Shown here one piece after another: positions 1 to 8,268 of a stretch of DNA of 20,000 nucleotides (the first letter of the stretch is position 1; each line of letters opens with the position of its first letter). A model generated the notes under the pieces. The model saw only the letters and a list, made by a program, of their open reading frames with translations, was not told where the DNA came from and did not search any database. The stretch spans positions 44,906 through 64,905 of the forward strand of contig CAYSBJ010000003.1 in NCBI GenBank assembly GCA_964429275.1, written 5' to 3'. The position numbers and the translations under genes were made by a program. The DNA is from an uncultured Pseudomonadota bacterium (GTDB lineage: Bacteria; Babelota; Babeliae; Babelales; JAUPTZ01).

Positions 1-193
1 AGCTCCTGTACCATCAGTTGCGAATCAATCACCAAGCTCGCCAGTATCGATGCCAAATGATGCGTCTTCGGTTAAAGAATCGGATGCTATCAAATCAAGT
101 GCTGATGCTCTTACGCCGCCAACTTCTGTCCCCTCTGTTAAAGCTAAAGGAAAGCGATCACGGTCAAGTGCTGTTCGCAGGGACGAACATTAA
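1..193 (+). CDS. 3' end of an unidentified gene with a Pro/Ser-rich low-complexity C-terminus (partial)
   Basis: Frame 2 is open from the window start: APVPSVANQSPSSPVSMPNDASSVKESDAIKSSADALTPPTSVPSVKAKGKRSRSSAVRRDEH, TAA at 191-193, followed by a terminator. Not in the ORF track. Confidence 0.6.
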   Translation, partial: APVPSVANQSPSSPVSMPNDASSVKESDAIKSSADALTPPTSVPSVKAKGKRSRSSAVRRDEH

Positions 194-212
194 AAACAAA
201 TAACCTCTAAAC

Positions 213-244
213 AAAAAGGGCTCGCAGAAATGCGAGCCCTTTTT
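213..244. terminator. Bidirectional intrinsic terminator
   Basis: AAAAAGGGCTCGCA-GAAA-TGCGAGCCCTTTTT is a perfect hairpin with A and T tracts, lying between convergent genes. Confidence 0.9.
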
Positions 245-273
245 CCATAAGCGCTACGAACGAAGGCAACATC

Positions 274-1350
274 TTACTCTATTAACAAACCATGCGTCTG
301 TTGTGCAATCGCGCACGTCTTGCCGTGAACCAGTGCGTTCAATAGCAATTGTTTCTTCGAACTAATGCCATCATCAAGTTCCGGTGATTCAAGGAATGGC
401 ACGAGGCCGTTATTTAAATCGCTTTCAATATTCTCATACCACGACACCGGCAGTTGGTGTCCTGATTGTTCTATAAAGAACACAAAACGGGTGACGAGTG
501 TGCGGTAGGCTTCATCAGCATCATCCAGATGCGCAATGATGCGGTTGCTGCACAGTTGTGAAATGTTGTGTGCGGCTTTCAGCACAGAAGGCCAAATGCT
601 GTGTGGATGCTGAGCGTACCAAATAGTTTTGCTTAGAAGCAGCTCCACAATCTTGAGTATGAGGCTTCGCAGGCGTTCATTCATCGCTGCTTCATCATTG
701 ACCCCAATATCCTTTACCGATTGTGCAATCGTGTGGGAAAGACCGGTGAAGAAGTTCTCGGTTGAAGTCTTTGGCGCTTCCAGATGTGTGGTGAGTCCAG
801 AGAGCATGATATTTTCAATCATTTTTGCGGGTGACTTTATTTTGGCGCTGTTGAGCGGGTTGAGTGGGAAATGGCGTTCGAGTTCAACCGGCAGCACTGC
901 CAAAATGTGGTCGACAACGGTGTCGTCGATGAGCGATGCTTCTTTTAATTTATTATGAAAGAGGCGGAGGCCAGTGTACGTTTGCTCGGCAGTGAAGTTA
1001 TATTCGCCGGAGAGTACTAAGAACTCAGTGATGTGTCGTGCATCGCGAGAGAGGAGGTCGGCATAGCCAACGGCGTTATATTGTTCTTGAATGAATGGTG
1101 AAAAAGCGTGGGAGAAAAAGCTTTCTTCATGCGGAGCTGCCTTTTCTTTTGCTGCATCAAAGTAGGAACGCAACGAAATAGTAGCAACGGGGCTTGATAT
1201 CGGCGATGGTGTGTTAAAGTAGTCGCGCGTGGCATCTGGGTTGCACACCATGCCGCTGTTTTCATGAATGATAAGCCCATGCGTTGACGTTATATAGAAA
1301 ACGCCGCTTAAAAACAGTACAATTGGGGTGACAGAACGATTTGTTTTCAT
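274..1350 (-). CDS. Hypothetical protein with N-terminal signal peptide, probably mostly alpha-helical
   Basis: Long ORF. Likely start ATG 1350 (MKTNRSVTPIVLFLSGVFYITSTHG) preceded by GAGGA. No family recognised. Confidence 0.75.
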   Translation of the reverse strand: MKTNRSVTPIVLFLSGVFYITSTHGLIIHENSGMVCNPDATRDYFNTPSPISSPVATISLRSYFDAAKEKAAPHEESFFSHAFSPFIQEQYNAVGYADLLSRDARHITEFLVLSGEYNFTAEQTYTGLRLFHNKLKEASLIDDTVVDHILAVLPVELERHFPLNPLNSAKIKSPAKMIENIMLSGLTTHLEAPKTSTENFFTGLSHTIAQSVKDIGVNDEAAMNERLRSLILKIVELLLSKTIWYAQHPHSIWPSVLKAAHNISQLCSNRIIAHLDDADEAYRTLVTRFVFFIEQSGHQLPVSWYENIESDLNNGLVPFLESPELDDGISSKKQLLLNALVHGKTCAIAQQTHGLLIE

Positions 1351-1460
1351 ACTAATCCTCTTTTTGCTATAGTGCGATCTGCTGATTGAAGTATGTATCA
1401 GTAAATACAATACAATTACGGGTAAGCCTGTTTCAAGTAATCAAAAAACGGGAATAAATA

Positions 1461-2672
1461 ATGCCGCTATATAAATACAAATCATTCACGCGATCTGGTA
1501 AGCAGGTCACGGGCACTATTGACGCTCCGTCGCCGCAGGGTGCCAAAGATATGTTGCAAGGTCAAGGCCTAATGCCGGTTGAGGTGCAGCTTGCTTCCTC
1601 TGCGGGTGGTTCGTTTTTGTCTCGTCTTTTTGCTCCCAAAGTAGAAGAAAAAACAGTTTTTGCGTTTACCAAACAAATGAGCGTTTTGTTGCGTTCTGGT
1701 GTGCCGCTCGTTGACTCGCTTGAAATGTTGACCGAGCAATTTGATCAGCCGTTTCAGGGTATTTTGATGTCGGTGACAGAAGGGGTTAAGTCTGGTGAAC
1801 CATTGGCTTCACAGCTCGCCGCTCATCCTACGGCTTTCTCAAATATTTACATTCAGCTGGTAAAAGCCGGTGAAGCAAGTGGTAAACTCGATGTAATTTT
1901 GATGCGCCTCTTAGAATACATGCAACGCTCAAGTGAAACGCAGAAGAAAGTAAAGAAGGCTGTATCAAAGCCAATTATGATGCTTGGTGTGGTGGGCGCT
2001 GTCGTTGGGTTGATGCTCGGGTTTGTGGTGCCACGTATGAGTGCCATGTTTGCAAAGACAGGGAAAGAATTGCCTGGGCCAACGCAGCTTCTTATGACGC
2101 TTTCAGGTTTTTTGACTAATCATTACATGCTTTTACTTGGTGGCGGTATTGGATTTTTCTTTCTTTTTTCGCATTGGAAATCTACTCCGTCTGGTATTCG
2201 CACGCTTGATGAGTTAGTGCTTAAAGTTCCGCTGTTTTCTTACTTTGCAAAAACTAAGGCCGTGGTACAATTTAGCCAGACGCTAGGAATGCTTATGGAA
2301 AGTGGTGTAAATCTTTCAGAAGCGCTCGATATTGTGTGTAACATTGTTGAAAACAAAGTTCTCACCCAAAAATTGCAAGAAGCCCGTGATAATATCATTA
2401 AAGAAGGTAAGATTGCGCGGTATCTTGCTGCAACGGGATTATTCCCTAAGATGGCGAGTTACATGATCTCTACCGGTGAAGAGTCTGGCAAATTAGCCGA
2501 AATGCTTTTGACCGTGGGTAAAGATTATGATGCAGAGCTAGGTGAAATTACTGATTCGTTAACGGCAAAAATCGATCCGATAATGACGGTAGTTATGGGT
2601 TTAATCGTGTTGTTTATTGTGGCGGCTATCTTTCTGCCGATGATGCAGATGGGTGACATTTCAGGAGTTTAG
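1461..2672 (+). CDS. gspF: T2SS inner-membrane platform protein GspF/PilC family
   Basis: MPLYKYKSF..G..VTGTIDA start; FTKQMSVLLRSGVPL; AGEASGKLD; FSQTLGMLMESGV; GEESGKLAEML; C-terminal AIFLPMM. Two T2SSF domains, 403 aa. Confidence 0.95.
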   Translation: MPLYKYKSFTRSGKQVTGTIDAPSPQGAKDMLQGQGLMPVEVQLASSAGGSFLSRLFAPKVEEKTVFAFTKQMSVLLRSGVPLVDSLEMLTEQFDQPFQGILMSVTEGVKSGEPLASQLAAHPTAFSNIYIQLVKAGEASGKLDVILMRLLEYMQRSSETQKKVKKAVSKPIMMLGVVGAVVGLMLGFVVPRMSAMFAKTGKELPGPTQLLMTLSGFLTNHYMLLLGGGIGFFFLFSHWKSTPSGIRTLDELVLKVPLFSYFAKTKAVVQFSQTLGMLMESGVNLSEALDIVCNIVENKVLTQKLQEARDNIIKEGKIARYLAATGLFPKMASYMISTGEESGKLAEMLLTVGKDYDAELGEITDSLTAKIDPIMTVVMGLIVLFIVAAIFLPMMQMGDISGV

Positions 2673-2721
2673 AATCAGGGGATGCAGGAATAATAAAAGG
2701 TAAATTTGAGTTGGCCCGTAA

Positions 2722-2819
2722 CGTCATTGCGAGGAGCAAGGCGACGAAGCAATCCAGGTATGAATAGTAAGAAAGATTAGAATGGATTGCTTCGTCATCT
2801 ATGATTCCTCGCAATGACG
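2722..2819. repeat. Palindromic repeat element (RPE/REP-like), copy 1, intact
   Basis: Two perfect 14-bp stems: CGTCATTGCGAGGA (2722-2735) with TCCTCGCAATGACG (2806-2819), and GACGAAGCAATCCA (2743-2756) with TGGATTGCTTCGTC (2783-2796), around an AT-rich loop. Confidence 0.9.
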
Positions 2820-2889
2820 GCTAAAGCCGGTCTTGGACAGCCAGTTGGTCATACTGGTTTGATTATGTAGTGAGTAAATAGGAGATCTT

Positions 2890-3333
2890 ATGATATTTGG
2901 TAAAAACCGGGCAGCGGCTTTCTCGCTGATCGAAATTCTGATTGCTATGGCGATCATTGGTACTATGTTTGCTCTCATGGCGCCAAACGCAATGAAGTAT
3001 TTCGGGCGTGCTAAAAAGACAGCGACAATAAGCAACCTGCAAGCATTAAAGCAGGCGCTGCAAGAGTACTACAACGAAATTGGTCACTTTCCAAACAAGG
3101 CTGAAGGTAACTTGAATGCATTGGTAAAGATGCCAAAGGGTGATAAGTTTAAAACCCGTTGGACAGGCCCGTACATTGATGGAGACGAGTTGCCAGAAGA
3201 TGGTTGGAAGCAACCGTTTGTGTATAATGCGCCACCAGTTAAATATAAAAAATACAAGTTCTATGAGCTGTATTCGATCGGGGAAACAGGAGATGAAGAC
3301 GCCAAGAATGAAGATCTTGCCGTCGGTCAGTAA
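2890..3333 (+). CDS. gspG: T2SS major pseudopilin GspG
   Basis: Prepilin motif A|FSLIE plus hydrophobic helix; ALQEYY.EIGHFP; WTGPY; LPEDGWKQPFVY; acidic C-terminal loop; RBS AGGAG. Confidence 0.93.
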   Translation: MIFGKNRAAAFSLIEILIAMAIIGTMFALMAPNAMKYFGRAKKTATISNLQALKQALQEYYNEIGHFPNKAEGNLNALVKMPKGDKFKTRWTGPYIDGDELPEDGWKQPFVYNAPPVKYKKYKFYELYSIGETGDEDAKNEDLAVGQ

Positions 3334-3334
3334 G

Positions 3335-3874
3335 GTGCGCCAATCTTTGCCAGCATTTAGCTTGATTGAAATTTTGATTGGGCTTTTTATTATTGGGGTC
3401 GGGGCATCAGTATTGTTGCCCCGACTTACTCGTCGTTCGCCAAATCTTGAATGGCCGGCATTGCAGCAAGAGCTGAATAATGTGCTTTATTTTGCCCGAC
3501 AAGAAGCGATTACAACGCAAAAGGTCCATCGGCTTACGTTTAATAAAAAGAAGCGCACGGTTACTGTTGAGGCGCGTGATGGCGATGTAGAAAATAAGCC
3601 CGGAGTACCGCATTATGGACCGGTGGCATCTACCTACTTTACCACTGAGTACGAGTGGCCAGAGCAGATTACTTGTGAGTGGGTAAAGCTGAACAAAAAA
3701 GATTTATTTGATGAGAATAAAGGGATGGCTTGGTGCTACGTGGTGCCAAATGGTCTGGTTCAAGACGTGTCGGTTAAGCTGGTGCGTAATGAGCATGGCG
3801 TGACAACCCACATGGTCTTTACTGCTGCGCCATTCCTGGGTGCTTTCTTTGAGGAAGAGGAAGTAAAAAAATGA
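3335..3874 (+). CDS. gspH: T2SS minor pseudopilin GspH/FimT-like
   Basis: GTG start at 3335 gives MRQSLPA|FSLIEILIG; L.FARQEAI motif; lies directly after gspG. Confidence 0.8.
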   Translation: MRQSLPAFSLIEILIGLFIIGVGASVLLPRLTRRSPNLEWPALQQELNNVLYFARQEAITTQKVHRLTFNKKKRTVTVEARDGDVENKPGVPHYGPVASTYFTTEYEWPEQITCEWVKLNKKDLFDENKGMAWCYVVPNGLVQDVSVKLVRNEHGVTTHMVFTAAPFLGAFFEEEEVKK

Positions 3875-4278
3875 AAATCATCGCTCGCGGTTTTACGATC
3901 ATCGAAGTGATGATTTCTCTTTTTATTCTTTCTACTACCATGTTTGTGCTTTCAGAGCTTCAAATTCGTTCAATGCTGCGTGTGTGGCAAAGTCGGGAAG
4001 ATATTGATCGGGTTTATATCATTAAAAAATTCTTGTATCGCATGTATCAAAGTCCCGCTGATGCCCGTAAAACTTCACAAAAATTTGATGAGCCGGAAAT
4101 GCATATGATTATTGAGCCGGTAGAAATTAATAAGAAGTCTGCTTTGGCTCCGTATGCAAAGCAATTGCAGTATTTGCGCGCTACCGCTAAATGGTCGCGA
4201 GGGACGACACAGCGAACGCTGAATTTGTTTGCGCTCGCGCCGCGGGCTCTGTCTCCTGGGAAAGGAGATGGGGCATGA
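3871..4278 (+). CDS. gspI: T2SS minor pseudopilin GspI-like
   Basis: MKIIARG|FTIIEVMISL prepilin motif, 135 aa, ATGA overlaps, canonical G-H-I-J-K order. Confidence 0.8.
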   Translation: MKIIARGFTIIEVMISLFILSTTMFVLSELQIRSMLRVWQSREDIDRVYIIKKFLYRMYQSPADARKTSQKFDEPEMHMIIEPVEINKKSALAPYAKQLQYLRATAKWSRGTTQRTLNLFALAPRALSPGKGDGA

Positions 4279-5447
4279 AGATTGATTTTATACCTGGATT
4301 GCGTCGTCACTTTGTTTCTCGCAATGGCGAGGGTTTTGTCTCCACGGGGCATTGCGACAGCGAGTCTACGAAGCTGGAAACAATCCATCTATTTTCCCCT
4401 GCGTTTAGTCTTATAGAACTTCTTATCGCTCTGGCTTTATCTGCCGTTATCATGATTGGCATGGTGCAGGGTAATCGCAACGCGGCTTATTTGCTGCGGG
4501 AAGCTCAGGCATTGCTCATCGTAAACCGCCAGGTTGCATTGCTGTATAATCAGCTTGAGCGTGACGTAACGGCTGCTATTGTCTACCAGAAACCAATTCC
4601 TTATCCGCCCGCCAAGGCCCAGCCAAAGAAAAAAGAGGGTGAGAAACAAGAGGAAAAACCGGCACCACCAAAGCCACCAGAAGAGCAATCGAACACTGGT
4701 GCTGAAAAAGGAAAAGCGGAAAAAGATAAGTTTGTACCTTCTTGTGTTCTCGAGGCATTTGATGAGGGTGTATATAAAGTTGGTACGAAAAAATGGCAAC
4801 AGACAAAGCGGCTTTCTTTTATTACAACAACGCCGCTAGAAGTATATGAACAAGAGCATGAGCGATCAGTGCGTGTAGGCTATGAGTTGGTGTATGACAA
4901 AGCAATGAGCACGCCGCAGAAGAGTGTATATACGCTGTATCGTCTCCAAACTGATGAGCTTGAAAACGTTGCATTTAAAGAAGATGAAAGTAAAAAAGTG
5001 AAGAGCGTTCTGCGGTATGTAGTGGCGGATCATATTAAGCAGTTTTCACTAGAAGCGTTATATGATCAGCGGCCGCCGCAAGCAAAAGACAATTCAGGAA
5101 AGCCGGCTGCTGTCGAGGCTCCAATTGCTGAACCGTTAACGGAAGAGGGCAGCCGTCCAACGCAGTTGCGAACATTCACGTGGGGTGAAAAAGAAGAAAC
5201 CGAAAAGAGTAAGACTGTGTTGCCCGATATGTTTGCAACACACATTGAGGTGTGGGATGGTGCCCTGCAGCGCTCATATTCATTTACTTCAACCTTTCCG
5301 GTTTTTGTAAAAACAGAAGCAAAGTCAAAACAACCAAAGAAGAAAGATGGTGCGACTGCCGGAGCTCCGGTAGAGCCAGGGGCGCCGAATGCGGCACCAA
5401 AGACTTCTGATGCCCCAGCGCCGGCAGCGAAGGAAGTGGTTCAATGA
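4275..5447 (+). CDS. gspJ: T2SS minor pseudopilin GspJ-like, with extended 43-aa leader
   Basis: ATG 4275 overlaps the gspI TGA and has an AAGGAG RBS; A|FSLIELLIALAL at 4404; QLERDV motif; V.YEL and LYR strands. Confidence 0.8.
   Translation: MKIDFIPGLRRHFVSRNGEGFVSTGHCDSESTKLETIHLFSPAFSLIELLIALALSAVIMIGMVQGNRNAAYLLREAQALLIVNRQVALLYNQLERDVTAAIVYQKPIPYPPAKAQPKKKEGEKQEEKPAPPKPPEEQSNTGAEKGKAEKDKFVPSCVLEAFDEGVYKVGTKKWQQTKRLSFITTTPLEVYEQEHERSVRVGYELVYDKAMSTPQKSVYTLYRLQTDELENVAFKEDESKKVKSVLRYVVADHIKQFSLEALYDQRPPQAKDNSGKPAAVEAPIAEPLTEEGSRPTQLRTFTWGEKEETEKSKTVLPDMFATHIEVWDGALQRSYSFTSTFPVFVKTEAKSKQPKKKDGATAGAPVEPGAPNAAPKTSDAPAPAAKEVVQ
4295..4387. repeat. Palindromic repeat copy 2, half-units in reversed order, inside gspJ coding sequence
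   Basis: TGGATTGCGTCGTCA...CTCGCAATGGCG (4295-4329) matches the right arm of copy 1. GGCATTGCGA...CAATCCA (about 4348-4387) matches the left arm. Confidence 0.8.
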
Positions 5448-6586
5448 TAAAGAAAAAGCCAGCATTCGTTCTTATTTTCTCTTTACTCAGCATGGGTATT
5501 GTTACCATTCTTACACAACAGCTTATGAAAAGCGTGTCGGTTGGCATTGCCTTCAGTCGGCAGATGGTATTGCGGGAGCAGGTCAAAATGTTTGTCTATG
5601 GTGGCATTGCTATTGCCACTGCTCAGCTTGAGCAGTGTTATCCTGAAGAAAAGAAGAAGCAGGGAGCAGAGCCAGCAGCCGGCCAACAGTCAAGCGCTCA
5701 GCCTCAAGGGCTCAAGCGGCCGTTTTCTTTTAAAACATTTATTCTGAGCGTGCTGCCACATTTAAATCGATGGCAGACCTTTGAGCTGACGGATAAAATT
5801 GATGGTGTAGATGCGCAGATTAAAGTTTGTATTGTTGCTGAAGAAGGCAAGATTCCGTTTACCCAAGTTTTTGATGAGCCGGCGCGCGAATTGACCGATC
5901 CTGCGCATGGCTTTTTGCAGCAGTTTCCTTCAGCAAAAAAGGGGGCCTCAAGTGATTTTGTTACAAAGTTTACTGCGTTTCTCAAGGGGCGTACGCATCG
6001 GATTGTCGATATTTCTGCACTACTTCCTTTTGCGCACCAAGTAAAGGTGCCGTTATGGTATGCACCGCCAGAGTTTCCAACGCGGCGTACAGCGGCTGGT
6101 GAAGTAAAGAATGAGAAAGGGAAGCCTGTTCCGGCAGCATGCGCTTTGCAAGATTTATTTACGCTTTGGGGGCAGGGAAGTAGTTTGAACCCGCTTTTGC
6201 TCAGCAATGCGCTCTGTGTTTTGAGTGGTTTGCGACCACCGCAACCGAACGATGCCCAAAAACGCAAAGATCAGTACAAGCAGTTGGCTGAAAATTACGA
6301 TAAGATTAAAAGCTTAAAAGGAGATGAGTTGTGGAAGGCTCTCGGTGCTCTGTATGACGCCAAACCAAAGCTGTCAGCCGAATTTAATACTCTCTTTTCG
6401 CTGGAAGTTGAGCCGCGTTTTTATTCTGTGCTATCTTGTGCGACAGTTGCCGGAGTGACACAGCAACTTATTGCAATTTTAGAACATGTGCCACCGACAG
6501 TTGCGCCGGCAGAACGGCGTGAACAACGGCAAAAAAAGAAGGAAATACAGCCACTGTTTGCAATCCGTAGATTGTATTGGTTGTAA
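5444..6586 (+). CDS. gspK: T2SS minor pseudopilin GspK-like
   Basis: MIKKKPA|FVLIFSLL lacks Glu5, as is typical of GspK; GGIAIA..L; I.AEEGKI motif; C-terminal RRLYW; last gene of the pseudopilin run. Confidence 0.78.
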   Translation: MIKKKPAFVLIFSLLSMGIVTILTQQLMKSVSVGIAFSRQMVLREQVKMFVYGGIAIATAQLEQCYPEEKKKQGAEPAAGQQSSAQPQGLKRPFSFKTFILSVLPHLNRWQTFELTDKIDGVDAQIKVCIVAEEGKIPFTQVFDEPARELTDPAHGFLQQFPSAKKGASSDFVTKFTAFLKGRTHRIVDISALLPFAHQVKVPLWYAPPEFPTRRTAAGEVKNEKGKPVPAACALQDLFTLWGQGSSLNPLLLSNALCVLSGLRPPQPNDAQKRKDQYKQLAENYDKIKSLKGDELWKALGALYDAKPKLSAEFNTLFSLEVEPRFYSVLSCATVAGVTQQLIAILEHVPPTVAPAERREQRQKKKEIQPLFAIRRLYWL

Positions 6587-6621
6587 TAGAGAAAATTATT
6601 AAGTCTATAGACGACGAGACT

Positions 6622-6680
6622 CGTCATCGTGAGGAATACAGCGGCGTGGCAATCCATGCGAGCTTGTTACTGCGATGACG
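6622..6680. repeat. Palindromic repeat copy 3 (degenerate, right arm mostly deleted)
   Basis: 6622-6656 CGTCATCGTGAGGAATACAGCGGCGTGGCAATCCA matches the copy-1 left arm at 26/35, ungapped. CGATGACG (6673-6680) pairs with CGTCATCG. Confidence 0.75.
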
Positions 6681-6708
6681 CGTGCAACGGGTAGAGAAAG
6701 GTAGAGTA

Positions 6709-8265
6709 GTGAAAACAGAGACGCGGGTTGGGATATTTGTTATCGGCGCCGTGCTGGTATTTTTGTATTTGAGCTTTAACATCGGCGCCTTACGTATCGA
6801 TCAAAAAAATTATGATACGTACATCAGCTTTTTTGATGATACTGGCGGTCTTGATTTAAAGGCGGCAGTAAAAACATCTGGGGTACGTATCGGGTATGTT
6901 GAGGCCATTTATTTGCGTGAAGGTGGCAAGGCTGAAATTCATCTTAAGATTCTTAAGACATATAAGTTAGCGCTCAACGCCTATGCTACGATTTCTCAGG
7001 AAACGTTGCTTGGGGGCAAAATTGTGGAACTCGACCAAGGGGATTTCTCCACTGGCATTCTTGCGCCAGGCACGACACTGGCTATGCCTGGAAAATCTAC
7101 GACGAGTGTGGGCGACTTAATTGATCAGTTTCGTGATATTGCTCAGAATGTTAGTGATATCGCTTACTCTTTTAAGACCGTTTTCTCTTCTCGCGAAGGT
7201 CATCAGCAGCTAGAAAGCACCTTGCGCAATGCCTCTGAGGCAGCAGAGAATATTGCTCATCTTTCTGATGCGGTTGATCGCATTGTGACGAAAAAAGAAG
7301 GGTCTATTAATACAACGATTGATAACTTGGATGACACGATGCGTGAATTGCGTAATGGTGTGCCAAAGGTTATTCGTGCGATTGATCAAACAGCGGCTGA
7401 TATTCGTGCTAAAGTGGTTCCTGAAGTAGTTAAAGTTGGTCCAGCTTTTGAAACCATACAAGAAGCAGCTGTTCATGCAAAAGAAGGGTTTCGTGAGGCG
7501 GAACAGGTTATGGAAAAAATAAACACCGGCAAAGGTGTTGTTGGAAAGCTGATTAACGAAGACGAGGTATATGCCGATCTGAAGAAGACTATTCATGGAC
7601 TCAAAGAGTATGTGAGTCGTGTTGAATCGCTGCAAATCTACATAGATATGCACAGTGAGACACTCTTTAAGTATGCGCGTAATAAAGGATTTTTGGAAAT
7701 GAAGATCCGACCATCGCATGACTATTTCTGGATGATTCAGATATGTAGCTCCGATTACGGCACGATTGACCGAGAGGTAGAGCAAATTATTCGCCGCGAT
7801 AGTTATGGCAATATTCTTTCAACTACCACACTCACTGAGCCACAGCACAAGCTCTGGCTTGCTGATAGCGTTGAGCGTGTTACGCGTACAAAAAATACCT
7901 ATACCTTGAGTGCGCAGTTTGGTAAGCGGTTTGACCGCTTGGTCTTGCGTGCAGGGCTTTTTGAAGGATTTTTTGGTGGTGCGGTTGATTATTACGTACC
8001 GCTTGATACCGATTTCGTTCATTGGGTGACTACCTTAGAAGCATATGACTTCCAAGGTGTATTGCGCCTTGACGATAACCGTATGCACGTGAAGTGGATT
8101 AACAAAGTAATGTTTATGAAGAATCTCTACACTTGCTTTGGCATAGATGACATTGTCAGTCGCGGCAATGCAAGTCCATTTATTGGATTCGGATTGCGCT
8201 TTACTGACTCTGACCTTAAATACTTCTTATCGTTGATTGCTGGTGCTAGCCCGTCAAACAAGTAG
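6709..8265 (+). CDS. mlaD: MlaD/MCE-domain lipid transport protein with long helical region and beta-rich C-terminal domain
   Basis: GTG start; ETRVGIFV transmembrane anchor; MCE motif F.DTGGL..KAAVK.SGVRIGYV, ATISQETLLGGK.VEL; KINTGKGVVGKLINEDEVY; C-terminal alternating beta strands. Confidence 0.88.
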   Translation: MKTETRVGIFVIGAVLVFLYLSFNIGALRIDQKNYDTYISFFDDTGGLDLKAAVKTSGVRIGYVEAIYLREGGKAEIHLKILKTYKLALNAYATISQETLLGGKIVELDQGDFSTGILAPGTTLAMPGKSTTSVGDLIDQFRDIAQNVSDIAYSFKTVFSSREGHQQLESTLRNASEAAENIAHLSDAVDRIVTKKEGSINTTIDNLDDTMRELRNGVPKVIRAIDQTAADIRAKVVPEVVKVGPAFETIQEAAVHAKEGFREAEQVMEKINTGKGVVGKLINEDEVYADLKKTIHGLKEYVSRVESLQIYIDMHSETLFKYARNKGFLEMKIRPSHDYFWMIQICSSDYGTIDREVEQIIRRDSYGNILSTTTLTEPQHKLWLADSVERVTRTKNTYTLSAQFGKRFDRLVLRAGLFEGFFGGAVDYYVPLDTDFVHWVTTLEAYDFQGVLRLDDNRMHVKWINKVMFMKNLYTCFGIDDIVSRGNASPFIGFGLRFTDSDLKYFLSLIAGASPSNK

Positions 8266-8268
8266 TTT

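Noticed and set aside
18..203. 61-aa ORF in the track
   Set aside because: It has a TTG start and overlaps the frame-2 reading, which is open from the window edge and looks like a natural low-complexity C-terminus.
2626..3035. Minus-strand ORFs 2626-2814 and 2799-3035 (contain DEAIH, LLAMT, RHCEE)
   Set aside because: They are translations of the palindromic repeat and antisense to gspF/gspG, a typical spurious-ORF source.
3140..3334. Long N-terminal extension of gspH in the ORF track (likewise 4191-4274 for gspJ)
   Set aside because: It overlaps the upstream gene extensively. GTG 3335 and ATG 4275 give coupled starts.
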